From NCBI GenBank assembly GCA_964016885.1, contig OZ024742.1, forward strand, positions 355,942,001 to 356,006,000: 64,000 nt of DNA, written 5' to 3'. The DNA is from Eledone cirrhosa. Taxonomy: Eukaryota. Position numbers and translations under genes: made by a program. A model generated the notes under the pieces. That model saw only the letters and a program-made list of their open reading frames with translations, was not told where the DNA came from and made no database searches. Shown here piece after piece: positions 27,730 to 38,533 of the stretch (position 1 is its first letter; each line of letters starts with the position of its first letter).

Positions 27730-27792
27730 TTATGACAACAGTACTTCCCTTGTCTGCTTCCTTAATTACAATGTCCGGATTGTTTTTTAGTT

Positions 27793-29970
27793 CAATTCAC
27801 ACCAACACCACAATATCCTAACCCCAACGATATAAATGACGATATCTCACACTTCTGTAGAAAATTACGTCTCACAGAGGAATTCTTTGACAAGGAGAAT
27901 AACGACGAATCAATTGTACGGAATAAAAGCAGCTACAACCCAACAAAAGGTAGAAACAGAGTTCTGGACAAATGTTGTGACCACATAGCTACCTTCCCAT
28001 ACCATGAACTACCGCAACCTAAACCCAAACCCAACACAAGTCGAAGGGAATGGGAGATTATCCATGAACTAAAAAACAATCCGGACATTGTAATTATGGA
28101 AGCGGACAAGGGAAGTACTGTTGTCATTATGGAGGCTGAAAAATATAAAAATTCTATGTTCTCTCTCTTACAAAATGCTAATTACTATGAAAGAGTAAAA
28201 AACTACCAGCAATCAAAAATAATGACCAAATTAAACACACTGATTTATCGATACCAGGAAGACCTAACTAAAAAGGAACGCGATTATTTAACAAATTTTG
28301 AATACAAAACCAGCAATCTTTACGGACGTCCGAAGATCCACAAATGTAAAATAATCAACGATGCCTGTAAACGATCCACCTCAGCCTGCGTGAACACACA
28401 ATACCCCACAGACCTTAAATTAAGACCAATTGTAGCGGGCCCACAATGTGAAACACACAGATTGAGCAACTTTATAGACATACTACTGAAACCAATACTG
28501 AAACACATACCGAGCCTTGTAAGAGATGATCTGGACCTCTTAAACCACCTCCCCAAACATGTCAATAACGACACTATTATTGTGTCTTTCGATGTAGTGA
28601 ATCTCTACACAACGATCCCACACCAATACGGACTAGAAGCAATAGGATTCTGGCTAGAGAAATATCCCAATGAGATACCTGACAGAATAGAAAAAAGCTT
28701 CATCACCGAGGGATTAAAATTCATCCTACAGAACAACTTTTTTGATTTCGATGGCAATACTTACAAGCAAATATCGGGGACTGCGATGGGCACAAAACCC
28801 GCTCCAACTTATGCCAACTTAGTCATGGCATACTTAGAAGTCCAGATATATGAACAGTCCAAATCAAAATACGGATTGAACTTCCACAAATATTTATCAG
28901 AGAATTGGAAACGCTACTTGGATGATTGCCTCATTCTTTGGTCCCACACACTCGACCAACTGAAGGATTTCAAAAACTTAATAAACGGCATCAATAACCA
29001 CATCCAATTCACAATGGAATGCAGCCAAGATCAACTCCCATTTCTGGACATCTTAATCACAAAAAAAGACACAAATATCGAAACTGACATACACTACAAA
29101 CCAACAGATTCCAAACAATATCTGCTATTCACCTCCAACCATCCAAAGCACACGAAGACGAACATTCCTTTTAATCTAGCAAGAAGAATTTGCACAATTG
29201 TCTCCAATTATGAAACGCGAAATAAAAGACTTCAAGAATTAAAGGAAATTCTACTTGAGAGAGAGTACCCACTATTACTAATAAATAATGGAATAGAAAA
29301 GGCTAAAGCAATAGGCATTGATGAATTACGGAAACAGAAACAAATTCAAGGTACGTCCAATATTCTATCATATATCTCAACACACAACCCAAGAAATGCG
29401 GAAGCTTACAACACTATTCACAATAACATCCCACTACTAAAACAAAACCCAAGAATGAAAAAAGCCCTTGAAACACACAAAATAATCAAAAGCAAAAGAC
29501 AACCAAAATCACTGAAAACATTACTCACCAATGCCAAATTACCTACCACAAACCCACAACCAAGTATCAAAAAATGTGGTCGCTCTAATTGTGGAACCTG
29601 CACTCACCTCATTGAAGGCAACACGTATACATTTAAATCAGGACAAAATTTTACTGTAAAAAATCACTTCACTTGCTCATCAAAAAATCTAATTTATGCC
29701 ATTAAATGTAAAGGATGCAATGAAGATTATATAGGACAAACTAAACTCACACTCAGAAACAGAATGACAGTTCATCGCCAACAATTACGAGATCCAACCA
29801 CGAGACAGATACCACTAAGTGCACATCTAGACATTTGCGCAAGTAATAAGACACCCAAATTCCAAGTCTTCCCATTTTACCTTTGCGCTAACAATACAAC
29901 AGAACAAATGCGAATAAATAAGGAAAATATGTTTATTCAAAAATATAGACCAACATTAAATAAGGTTTAA
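27793..29970 (+). CDS. PLE polyprotein: reverse transcriptase + Zn knuckle + GIY-YIG endonuclease (5' end slightly truncated; first ATG 28096)
   Basis: Frame open from 27793 (FTPTP..FCRKLRLTEEFF); ADKG, LRPIV, FDVVNLYT, GTAMG..PAP.YANL, RYLDD, LPFLD; CGRSNCGTC; LIYAIKCKGC..YIGQT..R..H..H..E..RPTLN. Confidence 0.93.
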   Translation, partial: QFTPTPQYPNPNDINDDISHFCRKLRLTEEFFDKENNDESIVRNKSSYNPTKGRNRVLDKCCDHIATFPYHELPQPKPKPNTSRREWEIIHELKNNPDIVIMEADKGSTVVIMEAEKYKNSMFSLLQNANYYERVKNYQQSKIMTKLNTLIYRYQEDLTKKERDYLTNFEYKTSNLYGRPKIHKCKIINDACKRSTSACVNTQYPTDLKLRPIVAGPQCETHRLSNFIDILLKPILKHIPSLVRDDLDLLNHLPKHVNNDTIIVSFDVVNLYTTIPHQYGLEAIGFWLEKYPNEIPDRIEKSFITEGLKFILQNNFFDFDGNTYKQISGTAMGTKPAPTYANLVMAYLEVQIYEQSKSKYGLNFHKYLSENWKRYLDDCLILWSHTLDQLKDFKNLINGINNHIQFTMECSQDQLPFLDILITKKDTNIETDIHYKPTDSKQYLLFTSNHPKHTKTNIPFNLARRICTIVSNYETRNKRLQELKEILLEREYPLLLINNGIEKAKAIGIDELRKQKQIQGTSNILSYISTHNPRNAEAYNTIHNNIPLLKQNPRMKKALETHKIIKSKRQPKSLKTLLTNAKLPTTNPQPSIKKCGRSNCGTCTHLIEGNTYTFKSGQNFTVKNHFTCSSKNLIYAIKCKGCNEDYIGQTKLTLRNRMTVHRQQLRDPTTRQIPLSAHLDICASNKTPKFQVFPFYLCANNTTEQMRINKENMFIQKYRPTLNKV

Positions 29971-30460
29971 TATACATTATGTCAACACCACAATATGACA
30001 TACACACACACACACATAACACCTTCTACTTTAGAAAATAAAAACCCGAACTAAATAAACCTTAAACATACGTTTGCGCTGGCAATACAACAGCAAACAC
30101 GAAAAAGTCAGGAAAATATGTTCATTCAAAAATATTCCTACTAAAGGAATCATTTTCCTACACACACACATACACACACACACAATATATATATACATAT
30201 ATATATATTCTCTTCATCTTAACATGCTAACCATACTCCCACACACATAACACCCATACACACACATAACAACCCCCACACCTACAACACCCTCCCCATT
30301 TCTACTAATAGAACCACTTTCCTACACATATATATATACACACACACAAAATATATATTCTCTCTAACATACTCGCACACACACACATAACACCCATATA
30401 CACACACACACAACTCCCTCCCCCATCTCTACTAATAGAATCATCTTCCAATACACACAT

Positions 30461-30493
<33 letters not shown>

Positions 30494-30884
30494 AGCACAC
30501 AAATAAACACATATCTTCAGTCTCAATAGCAAATCTGAACTCTGACACCTGAACTCTGACAGCTGGCCATATTCACTGAACCAGAACATTTCTCCCAATC
30601 CCTTTTCCCTTGACCACTATCTCTCCATTGTCATAACATTCACTATAAAGACTACAGAATAGTTTTCCAAATAAGGGCGCAAAAATGTAATGAAAACTTG
30701 TTCACTTGACAGCCAAATTTCATTTATAACCAACCAAAAAAAAGCCTTCGTGAGTCTCATTTTTTCAAGTAAAAAGAAATTCAAACACTCATATATGAAA
30801 AAACAACCTGTGACAACCCCCCCCCCTCTCTTATTTGAAGAACTATTGTAACGCGAACTGGCGTGAAATTTATTATAATTATTG

Positions 30885-30945
30885 ACAAACCAATCAAATT
30901 ACTTCTCGAAAAACCTGGTTTTCGAGCCACTTTTTCCATATAAAA
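30885..30945 (+). promoter_or_regulatory. Putative pLTR promoter (CCAAT + TATA) upstream of the hammerhead
   Basis: accaatca at ~30889 and catataaaa at ~30937; same layout upstream of the hammerhead at 57603-57641. Confidence 0.35.
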
Positions 30946-31011
30946 CAAGTAACATTTAGAGACCAACCAGATGTGAGAAAAACCACAGACCCTCCATCTC
31001 AACTCACCTCA

Positions 31012-31049
31012 CCTTTTGAAAAGCAGAAGAACTGCGAAACCGGTAAAGG
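31012..31049 (+). ncRNA. Minimal type I hammerhead with U3-A8 core
   Basis: ccuu UUGAAAA gcag-aagaa-cugc GAAAC CG GUA^ aagg; left-arm copy 26074-26111 has a damaged stem II. Confidence 0.75.
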
Positions 31050-31118
31050 AACCAAATAAATATATATATTTAAAAAAAAAATAAGACTTCAGTTGCATTT
31101 TCGATTTCATCCCTTTTT

Positions 31119-31153
<35 letters not shown>

Positions 31154-31158
<5 letters not shown>

Positions 31159-31860
31159 GTAATCTGTAATAATAATATTCGATTTGTTTGCAATTATGCA
31201 AACAAGCCTCATTTTTAAAGCCATGTCAGTAGAATGAGCCTCTCCTGAATTTGGCAGAGCCGGCCATTTATCAATCGTATACAGGAAACTGACTGGCCAG
31301 TCTGCTGGTATGCAAATATGGCTGATCAGTGGATCTGCTAATATGCGGATCTGACTGATCAGCCAGTCTGCTAATATGCAAATCAGGCCAATCAGTCGCT
31401 TTATATTTTAGAAAAGATCATATATCTTCACAAGCTCTGACGATTGGCAAGTGAATAGTAAGCTGTACTGATGAAGGGTGACACCTAGAAACATTAGTGT
31501 CTGCAGGGTTCTCTTTACAAGCCAACACAATATCAAGAATGAGGGGCTCATTCTACTGACGTGCCTTTATAAATTAGGCTAGGTCGCATAACTGCAAATG
31601 AATCGAATATTATTATTAATATTCGAAAAACTCAGATTACATTTATTGTATTCAGACGTATCTGAGGACCTTGCGAATTTCAGAGTCAGGTTCGATATGC
31701 CTCGAGCTGGTCGTCAGAGAAACGATTATAATATGTCCAATAAATTCCATTCGTCGCAACACTGATTCTCTTCTTTTCTGTGATATCAAACTCTGCTCTA
31801 TGAGAGCATCGAGTGCTCCAACGGCCTACCACATACGGACGCTTTAAGCATCCAGCACCA
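31154..31860 (+). mobile_element. Hammerhead-bearing inverted-repeat-plus-tail mini-element
   Basis: Arms 31154-31244 / 31541-31645, hammerhead in the spacer, (TA)n flanks. Confidence 0.7.
31463..31506 (+). ncRNA. Type I hammerhead ribozyme
   Basis: cugua CUGAUGA agg-gugaca-ccu a GAA ACA-uuag-UGU C^ ugcag. Confidence 0.8.
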
Positions 31861-31877
31861 ATTATATATATATATAT

Positions 31878-32093
31878 GTTTTAGGTATATCCAAAGGAAA
31901 AGCAAAGGAAAAAAAGAGTGCTCTATGTATAGAACAGAGCTATTTAATTAGAAAGGGAACAACACAATATATACATCTGTTATAATATCTCTGTCTGACG
32001 ACCGATCCAGGCGTATATTATCATTGTCTGGGATCCAGAAACCTTTGGTAATGGAGTAGTTATATTTTGTGTTGTTCACTTTCTAATTAAATA
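31878..32093 (+). mobile_element. Hammerhead-bearing hairpin mini-element
   Basis: Arms 31941-31975 / 32058-32093; left tail homologous (reverse complement) to 39355-39432. Confidence 0.7.
31989..32056 (+). ncRNA. Type I hammerhead ribozyme
   Basis: cucugu CUGACGA cc gauccaggc...gucugggauc ca GAA ACC-uuu-GGU A^ auggag. Confidence 0.8.
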
Positions 32094-32849
32094 TATATAT
32101 ATATATCATCATCATCATCATCATCATTTTACCCTGCTTGCAAGGGTTGGACGAGTCCTATTCAGCACAGCATCTCTCCACTTGTCACGGTCCTTCGTCA
32201 TCTCCTCGGTGTGTGTGTGTATGTGTGTGTGTTTGCTGCTATTTTTGGCAGCTTCACTTATCACCAAGTGGTTCTTTCTCTCTTTGATTCATAAACCAAA
32301 TAATCAATTACAAAGTCTATATCAATCATGTCATGTCAAAATCTTCAATAATACTGCAAGATAAAAAGATAATAAAAAAACAAGCTTAGCTCTCTGAAAA
32401 AAAGTAATAATATCTAAAATAAAAAGTACTCTGACTTTTTCTACTAAATTTTTTTAACCAATCCCGCAATAATTACAAATGCTATGAACACACTACAAGC
32501 CATCTCCTTGATATGGTCGATTTAAAGTCATATGCAACCGACAAAATACATTTCGAGGTTTTATAAAAACTGTACATTGTTAGGAAAATATTCTGATAGC
32601 TAATCTAAGATGGGACAAATTAATTAAAACTCAAAATAATAAGTTAGATTGAGATACCGAAATCAAAGAAGCCATTATACCAGTACTTAGGAATAAATGA
32701 ATCTGATAAGATAAAATATACATGAAAATTACAAAAGTGTCTATTTATTCTTATGCATTACTCTTTTATTGGTTTTAGTTCTTGGGCAGTAATGAGGCTG
32801 AGACAAGATCTTCAAGAGTTTTAGTTGATCATATCAACTAATATTGACT

Positions 32850-33500
32850 TCAAATCTAGACACAAGGCCAGAAACATTGCAGGAGGGTAAAGTCAATTAA
32901 ATTGACTCCAGTGTATTACTGTGCTTTATTTTATCGACTCCCTTAAGGATAAAAAGCAAAGCTAACATTGGTGGAATTTGAACTCAGAAGGCAAAGGGTT
33001 GTAACTCTATGCCACAAAGCATAATGCCTGACGTTCTATCGATACAGGCAACCCACCGCCCTAATATCAACTAATAAGGATTTCAAATTTAGACACAAGG
33101 CCAGCAAATTAAAAGGGAAGGAAAAATTGCTTAAATCAACCCATTACATGACTGGCACTTTATTTTACCAAACCTGGAAAGATAAAAGGCAAAGATGACC
33201 TCAGACCATGAGGCTGGAAATGAACTCAGAGATGAACTCAAACCATAATGGTATTTTGTTCAATATTCTACCAATGCTGCCAATCCACCACCTTTAGATA
33301 ATTTCTAATTTAGATACATAGGCAATAATTTGTTGTGTGAGGAAACTTGCTTAGACCAACTCCAGTATAGGACTGGTATTTTGTTTTATCGAAGAAAAGC
33401 AAAGTGCTGGGATTTGAACTCAGAACAAGGGCAATAACTAAATACCAAGAAACATTTCCTCTGATGCTCTAAAAATTCTGTCAATCCACCACTTTCATGG
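32850..33500 (-). mobile_element. Three head-to-tail SINE S1 copies
   Basis: agacacaaggccag...ttattttatcgac...gcaaag...atttgaactcag recurs at ~32850, ~33085 and ~33305. Confidence 0.7.
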
Positions 33501-33679
33501 TATGGCAAGGTATAGACCCTAAGTTGTGAGGGAGTCACAGTGACACCATATTCACATACAGCATTTCTTAGGGCATTTTTTAAACATAGCTTAGCCTGTC
33601 TTCTCTCCAGGTCTGAGTATAGCAGATTTTTTCCAGAGAAGGAATGAGAGTGAAAGAAAAGAAGTCAGAAAGAGATATA

Positions 33680-33990
33680 GAGGAAGAATTGACCCTAGCA
33701 CTAGACTGGTACTTTTCTTGTCGACCTCGAATGGATTAAAAGCAAAGTTTACTTCGGTGAGATTTGAACTAGTTGTCCCATGTGGTCTAGTGGTTAGAAT
33801 TCCTGGCTTTCACCCAGGCGGCTCGGGTTCGATTCCCGGAATGGGGACGGCATATGTTTTGTTCCACCCTTGCAAGCAGGGAAAAGTGGACGTAAAATGA
33901 TGACGATGGTGAAAGCAAAGAGCTGGAGCAAATTCCAGAAAGCATGCTATCTGACATTCTAATGAATCTGTAAATTCACTGCCATATTGA
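33680..33990 (-). mobile_element. SINE S1 interrupted by the tRNA-Glu chimera
   Basis: gactggtacttttcttgtcgacctc..gatttgaact stops at 33770 and resumes near 33912. Confidence 0.6.
33776..33847 (+). tRNA. tRNA-Glu(TTC), probably a retroposed pseudogene copy
   Basis: TCCCATGTGGTCTAGTGGTTAGAATTCCTGGCTTTCACCCAGGCGGCTCGGGTTCGATTCCCGGAATGGGGA; cloverleaf with TTC anticodon, boxes A/B intact, G7-A66 mismatch; TTTT follows. Confidence 0.88.
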
Positions 33991-34649
33991 CTAATATTAA
34001 AAACCAAACTCAATGCTAAAAGTGTGATTATAGTTATGAATAAATACATTAGTAAGCTAGACAGTAAAACAGGAATTTAACTGATGAGCAAAGATAAGAA
34101 ACTCAATCCAAAAGATTATATAGGCTGGATGTATCTACTATGTACAGAAGTAGGAAGATCTTTGAAGAGATACTCAACTACTATGAAACAATCTCTGTGA
34201 ACTGAGAAAAATACTGAGATGAAAGCAATGTAGAATAATTAGCAAAAGAATAGAACATTAAAGAAGTTTTCTCCTGATATAAAGAAGCAAAATACATCAA
34301 AGTAAAAGAAATAGTGATGAACAATGTATCATTTAATGTCTCTTCCTAATTTTGGCATGAGTTGACATATACTTATGTATATACATATATAGAGAGATAT
34401 AGATGTAGATGTGAATGTGAGTGTTAGTCCTGTGTTCAATCAGGAGTAACCACAGTAAATAAGGTACATAATATATTAGTAAGTACAAACATGATTTTTA
34501 ATGTAGAAATGGCTTCTACAGGACTAGAACTGTTTTATTCAAAATAAATCAGCAGGAAAAAAGCACTGTTGATTTTGTTTGAATGAAAGAGCTCAACTCT
34601 TGTAGAAGCCATTTGTATATTTACATACGTTTTTATATATATATATATA

Positions 34650-34796
34650 ATTATATTAATAAGAGGAATTCCAACTTTGTCTGATTTACTCGTTTTATTT
34701 ACAGGATTGTAAATAAAACGAGTAAATCAGACAAAGTTGGAGTTCCTCTTATTAATATAATCTTCTATACACAATCATACACACCCGTGTATATTT
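34650..34796 (+). mobile_element. Hairpin-plus-tail mini-insertion matching the 3' end of the PLE at 57481
   Basis: ~54-bp near-perfect arms around a ggat loop; arm matches 57481-57535. Confidence 0.8.
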
Positions 34797-34959
34797 ACCT
34801 ATCTATATAATTATATATACATCCATTTTTCTCTCTAGTAATACAAAAGAAAGGCCCAAGCCTTCTGAAAGGCCCAAGCTGAAGTATATATGCAGTATGC
34901 ACCGACCCACCCTCCCAAACAACCACTTGAGGACAGGCCGGCGTAAATGCATCCAGTGA

Positions 34960-35190
34960 AGCCTCCACCCCACACTGTAAAGTCTTCATGTAGGCATCAC
35001 AACAAAAAGCACCCAGTACTCACTGTGAATGAGGTTAGCATTAGAAAGGGCATCCAGCTGTAGAAACAAGGCCAGAATCAGTCATGTATGAGCGAGACAT
35101 GGTCACCTGACCTAGCATAGCCCATAACAGAACAACTTGTCTAACCCATGCTAGCATGGAAAATAGATGTAAAACGGTGGTGTTGATGAG
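34960..35190 (+). mobile_element. SINE family S2
   Basis: Core and cccatgctagcatggaaaatagatgtaaaac tail. Confidence 0.75.
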
Positions 35191-35269
35191 GATATATGTA
35201 TATAGACACAAATATATATATATCATTATCATGATATATGGGCATATATATGTCTATATTATGTTTGTA

Positions 35270-35557
35270 CCACAAAACATCCAGCCCATATTATAAAGTG
35301 GTCATGTAGGTGTCATGATAAAAGGCACCCAGCCTAGACTGTAAAGTGGTTGTGTAAAAGACACGGCAAAAGCACCCAGCATACACTGTAAATGTGTTTG
35401 GCGTTAGGAAGTGCATCCAGCCATAGAAAACTAGCCAGATCAATCCTATATGAGCAAGACAAGGTCACCTGACACAAGTTGCCTCTAAATAGGACAAAAT
35501 GCCTCTAAATGGGACAAAGCATGGAAGATGGACATTAAACAATGATGAATATGATGA
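35270..35557 (+). mobile_element. SINE family S2
   Basis: Three 48-bp units, core and tail. Confidence 0.7.
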
Positions 35558-35615
<58 letters not shown>

Positions 35616-37405
35616 CAATGGTATCTTGACTTACAAGTGTCCCAACTAATGAGTTTTTAGAGATATGAGCCATCTCTCGGCCAATTTTTTGCTTTGAGTT
35701 GCGAGATAAAATTAGGGTTATTAGACAGCTTCAGATACCCCTCCGCTAGTTGGTGTAGCCAATGCCACAGTGAACGCTCTAACATCTGCCCAGCATCCCA
35801 TAGGTCCGAAGAAAATGAGCGTGAAGGACAGTGCTGAGAAGAAGAAGCGGATGAATTAAAGAAAGAAATTATTGAAAAACATGACCAAGCTGTGCTTGTA
35901 GTCGACTTGGCAAAGCAGTACAAGCATAGCACTTCTATGATCTGAACCATACTGAAGAAGAAGGAGTTGATAAAGGTTATAACACCAGCCAAGGGAGTTA
36001 AAATAATTTCTAAACAGTGGACATCTATCCACAAAAATATGGAAAGGTGGCTGATGGTGTGGTTGACAGAGAAGCAGTTCACAGGAGATAACGTGACCGA
36101 GGCTATAATCTGCAAGGAGGTATGAGCTATTTACACTGATTTGCTGCAGCAGACCCCAGGCACTTCGACAGACGAGGCATCGGGTGAGCCGTTTAAAACC
36201 AGTCAGGGCTGGTTCGAGAATGTTAAAAAGAGGGCCAGCATTTACTCCATTGTCAGGCATGGTGAGGCAGTGAGTGCGGATATTAAGGCAGCTGAGGATT
36301 ACCTGAAAACTTTTGCCGGAATTATAGCAGCCGAAGGATACATCCCCCAGCAAGTCTTCAAATCTGACGAGACACGATCTTTATGGAAGAAGATGCCAAG
36401 GAGGACTTATACAATGGCAAAGGAGTAGAGGATGCCAGGCCACAAACCCATGAAGGATAGGCTAATCCTCACACTGTGTGCCAATGTGAGTGGCGATTAC
36501 AAGATTAAGTCACTGTTCATTTATCATTCGGAAAACCCCAGAGCGTTTAAGTCACATAAGATTCTAAAAGAAAAACTGCAGGTTATGTGGAGGGCAAACC
36601 TGAGGTTGTGGGTCACCGGACAGTTCTTTGTTGAGTGGATGAATTTAGTCTTTGGTCCTGACGTTAAGAAATACCTCCAGAAAAATAACCTACCCTTGCA
36701 AACCTTTCTCGAAAATGCACCTGCTCACTCAACTACACTTGAAGATGACATCCTCAAAGAGTTCAAGTTTATAAAGGTTCTCTAATGTCCACCCAACACC
36801 ACCCCTATCCTGCAGCCCATGGTCCAGCAGGTGATTTCTAATTTCAAGAAGCTTTTCAACAAGCCCCTGTTCTGCCACTGCTTTGAGGTGATGGAGAACA
36901 CAAACTTTACCCTTCGAGTGTTCTAGAAGGACCGCTATAACATCGTGATATGCCTCAGAAATATCAATATGGACTGGGATGGTGTTACAAAGAGGACATT
37001 GACCTCTGTGTGGATGAATCTGCGGCCTGAGGTTGTGTCTGAAACAGACTTTAAAAGACTCAAACCTGAAGCAGCAGTCGTGAAGGAGATGGTATCCCTC
37101 GGCAAGTCCATGGGCCTGGACATGGATGAAGGTGACATCAACGAGCTTATTGAGGAGCACTTCGAGGAACTAACAATGAAGGAGCTAAGAGAGCTACAGA
37201 TGCAGCTGCATACGAAGGTTTTGCAGGAAATAAGTGATGTGTAGTTGGTGGAGGAGGTTATCTCTACAAATGAGATAAAGGACATGTTGGGAATATGAGG
37301 GAAACATTCAGACTTTATTCAAAAGAAACACCCAGAAAAAGTTCCAACTGGGTGTGCGACGGCACTATTTAATGGCACTTGCCTAACTCATTTCAGAAAC
37401 ATTCT
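35616..37405 (+). mobile_element. Tigger/pogo-family DNA transposon, decayed and 3'-truncated
   Basis: TA target followed by TIR-like caatggtatcttgacttacaag; transposase remnants. Confidence 0.88.
35790..37400 (+). pseudogene. Tigger/pogo transposase (CENP-B HTH + DDE), multiple stops
   Basis: FKTSQGWF..KKR, HGEAVSAD, YIPQQVF..DET.L.WKKMP.RTY, KPMKDRL.L.LCANVSG, ENPRAFK, LENAPAH. Confidence 0.9.
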
Positions 37406-37568
37406 ATATCCGTAAATATATATATAATAGTGGAAGACTGCTGGGTTATATCCGTAATAGTAGAACACTCAGTCCATGGGACGAGATTGGTAGGAGTAGT
37501 TCCACAACAGTTAGTTCAACATTACCAAGAACAATTGCTTCACCTTATTTGGATCATCAGCTTGGTTT
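37405..37568 (-). mobile_element. Divergent family-A-related PLE 3' end (tail + hammerhead only)
   Basis: Homologous to 19366-19505; in (TA)n at the Tigger truncation point. Confidence 0.7.
37525..37565 (-). ncRNA. Type I hammerhead (GAAG variant)
   Basis: ccaag CUGAUGA u cc-aaauaa-gg u GAAGC AAUU GUU^ cuugg; stem I covaries with family A ccgag/cucgg. Confidence 0.65.
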
Positions 37569-37579
37569 ATATATATATA

Positions 37580-38533
37580 TATATCCAAAATTAAGATAAT
37601 CAAAATTATGGGTGTCATGCCAGAAATACATGCGCCATATCACCCGCAAAATAAGCTCTAAGATTCTAACGGATAGGTCCGAGCATTTTATAATAACTAG
37701 AAATTAATTAACATATAAATAAACATGAATAATCACAGGAGATAATTTTTACAAGTGTGTAAGCACACATAGCTAGGTAGGTAACTAAATAAAGTTAACC
37801 AGAACTTCAAAAATAGATACCTTATAATATGATTAATCTTCCCTGTATATATTCCATTAAAAAAATATATTTCACCAATTAATCGAATGGTAAACCACAG
37901 AGGCCGGTACTTGGACTTTCAATAAGGAAGAAGTAAAAATTATCTCCTGTGATTATTCATGTTTATTTATATGTTAATCAATTTCTAGTTATTATAAAAT
38001 TCTCGGACCTATTTGTTAGAATCTTAGAGCTTATTTTGCGGATGATATGGCGCACGTCTTTCTGCCATGACACCCATAATTTTGATTATCTTAATTTTGG
38101 ATATAGATATATAAATACGGCTCCTTAATTGTAGAGCTAACTCTGTTGAAAGGATTTGATTGCTGTTTCTAGTTGTCGATAACCCTATTCACGCCACTGT
38201 GACGAAGCTGGTATGATGTGTGTATTTCTAGTAGATACAGCACGTGTTGCTGGCCAGTCGCTGATTTGAACCTTAAGTGTAAACATAGATCTGGACTTCT
38301 TCCTTGTTGAAAATCCAAGTACCGGCCTCTAAGATTTACCATTCGATTAATTGGTGAAATATATTTCTTTAATGGAATATATACAGGGAAGATTATTCAT
38401 ATTATAAGGTATCTATTTTTGAAGTTCTGGTTAACTTTATTTAGTTACCTACCTAGCTATGTGTGCTTACACACTTGTAAAAATTATCTCCTGTGATTAT
38501 TAATGTTTATTTATATGTTAATCAATTTCTAGT

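Larger units (their letters stand above)
25936..31122 (+). mobile_element. Neptune-like Penelope-like element with 1.8-kb inverted arm (5.2-kb quasi-palindrome)
   Basis: 25990-27729 is the reverse complement of ~29391-31122; (TA)n at both ends; long RT-GIY-YIG ORF. Confidence 0.95.

Noticed and set aside
30831-30880. Hammerhead at ttatTTGAAGA...GAAAttt
   Set aside because: No credible stem II and unpaired U3-G8; the better motif is at 31012-31049
31655-31725. CTGAGGA / reverse CTGACGA motifs in the mini-element tail
   Set aside because: No GAAA plus stem III/stem I arrangement could be built on either strand
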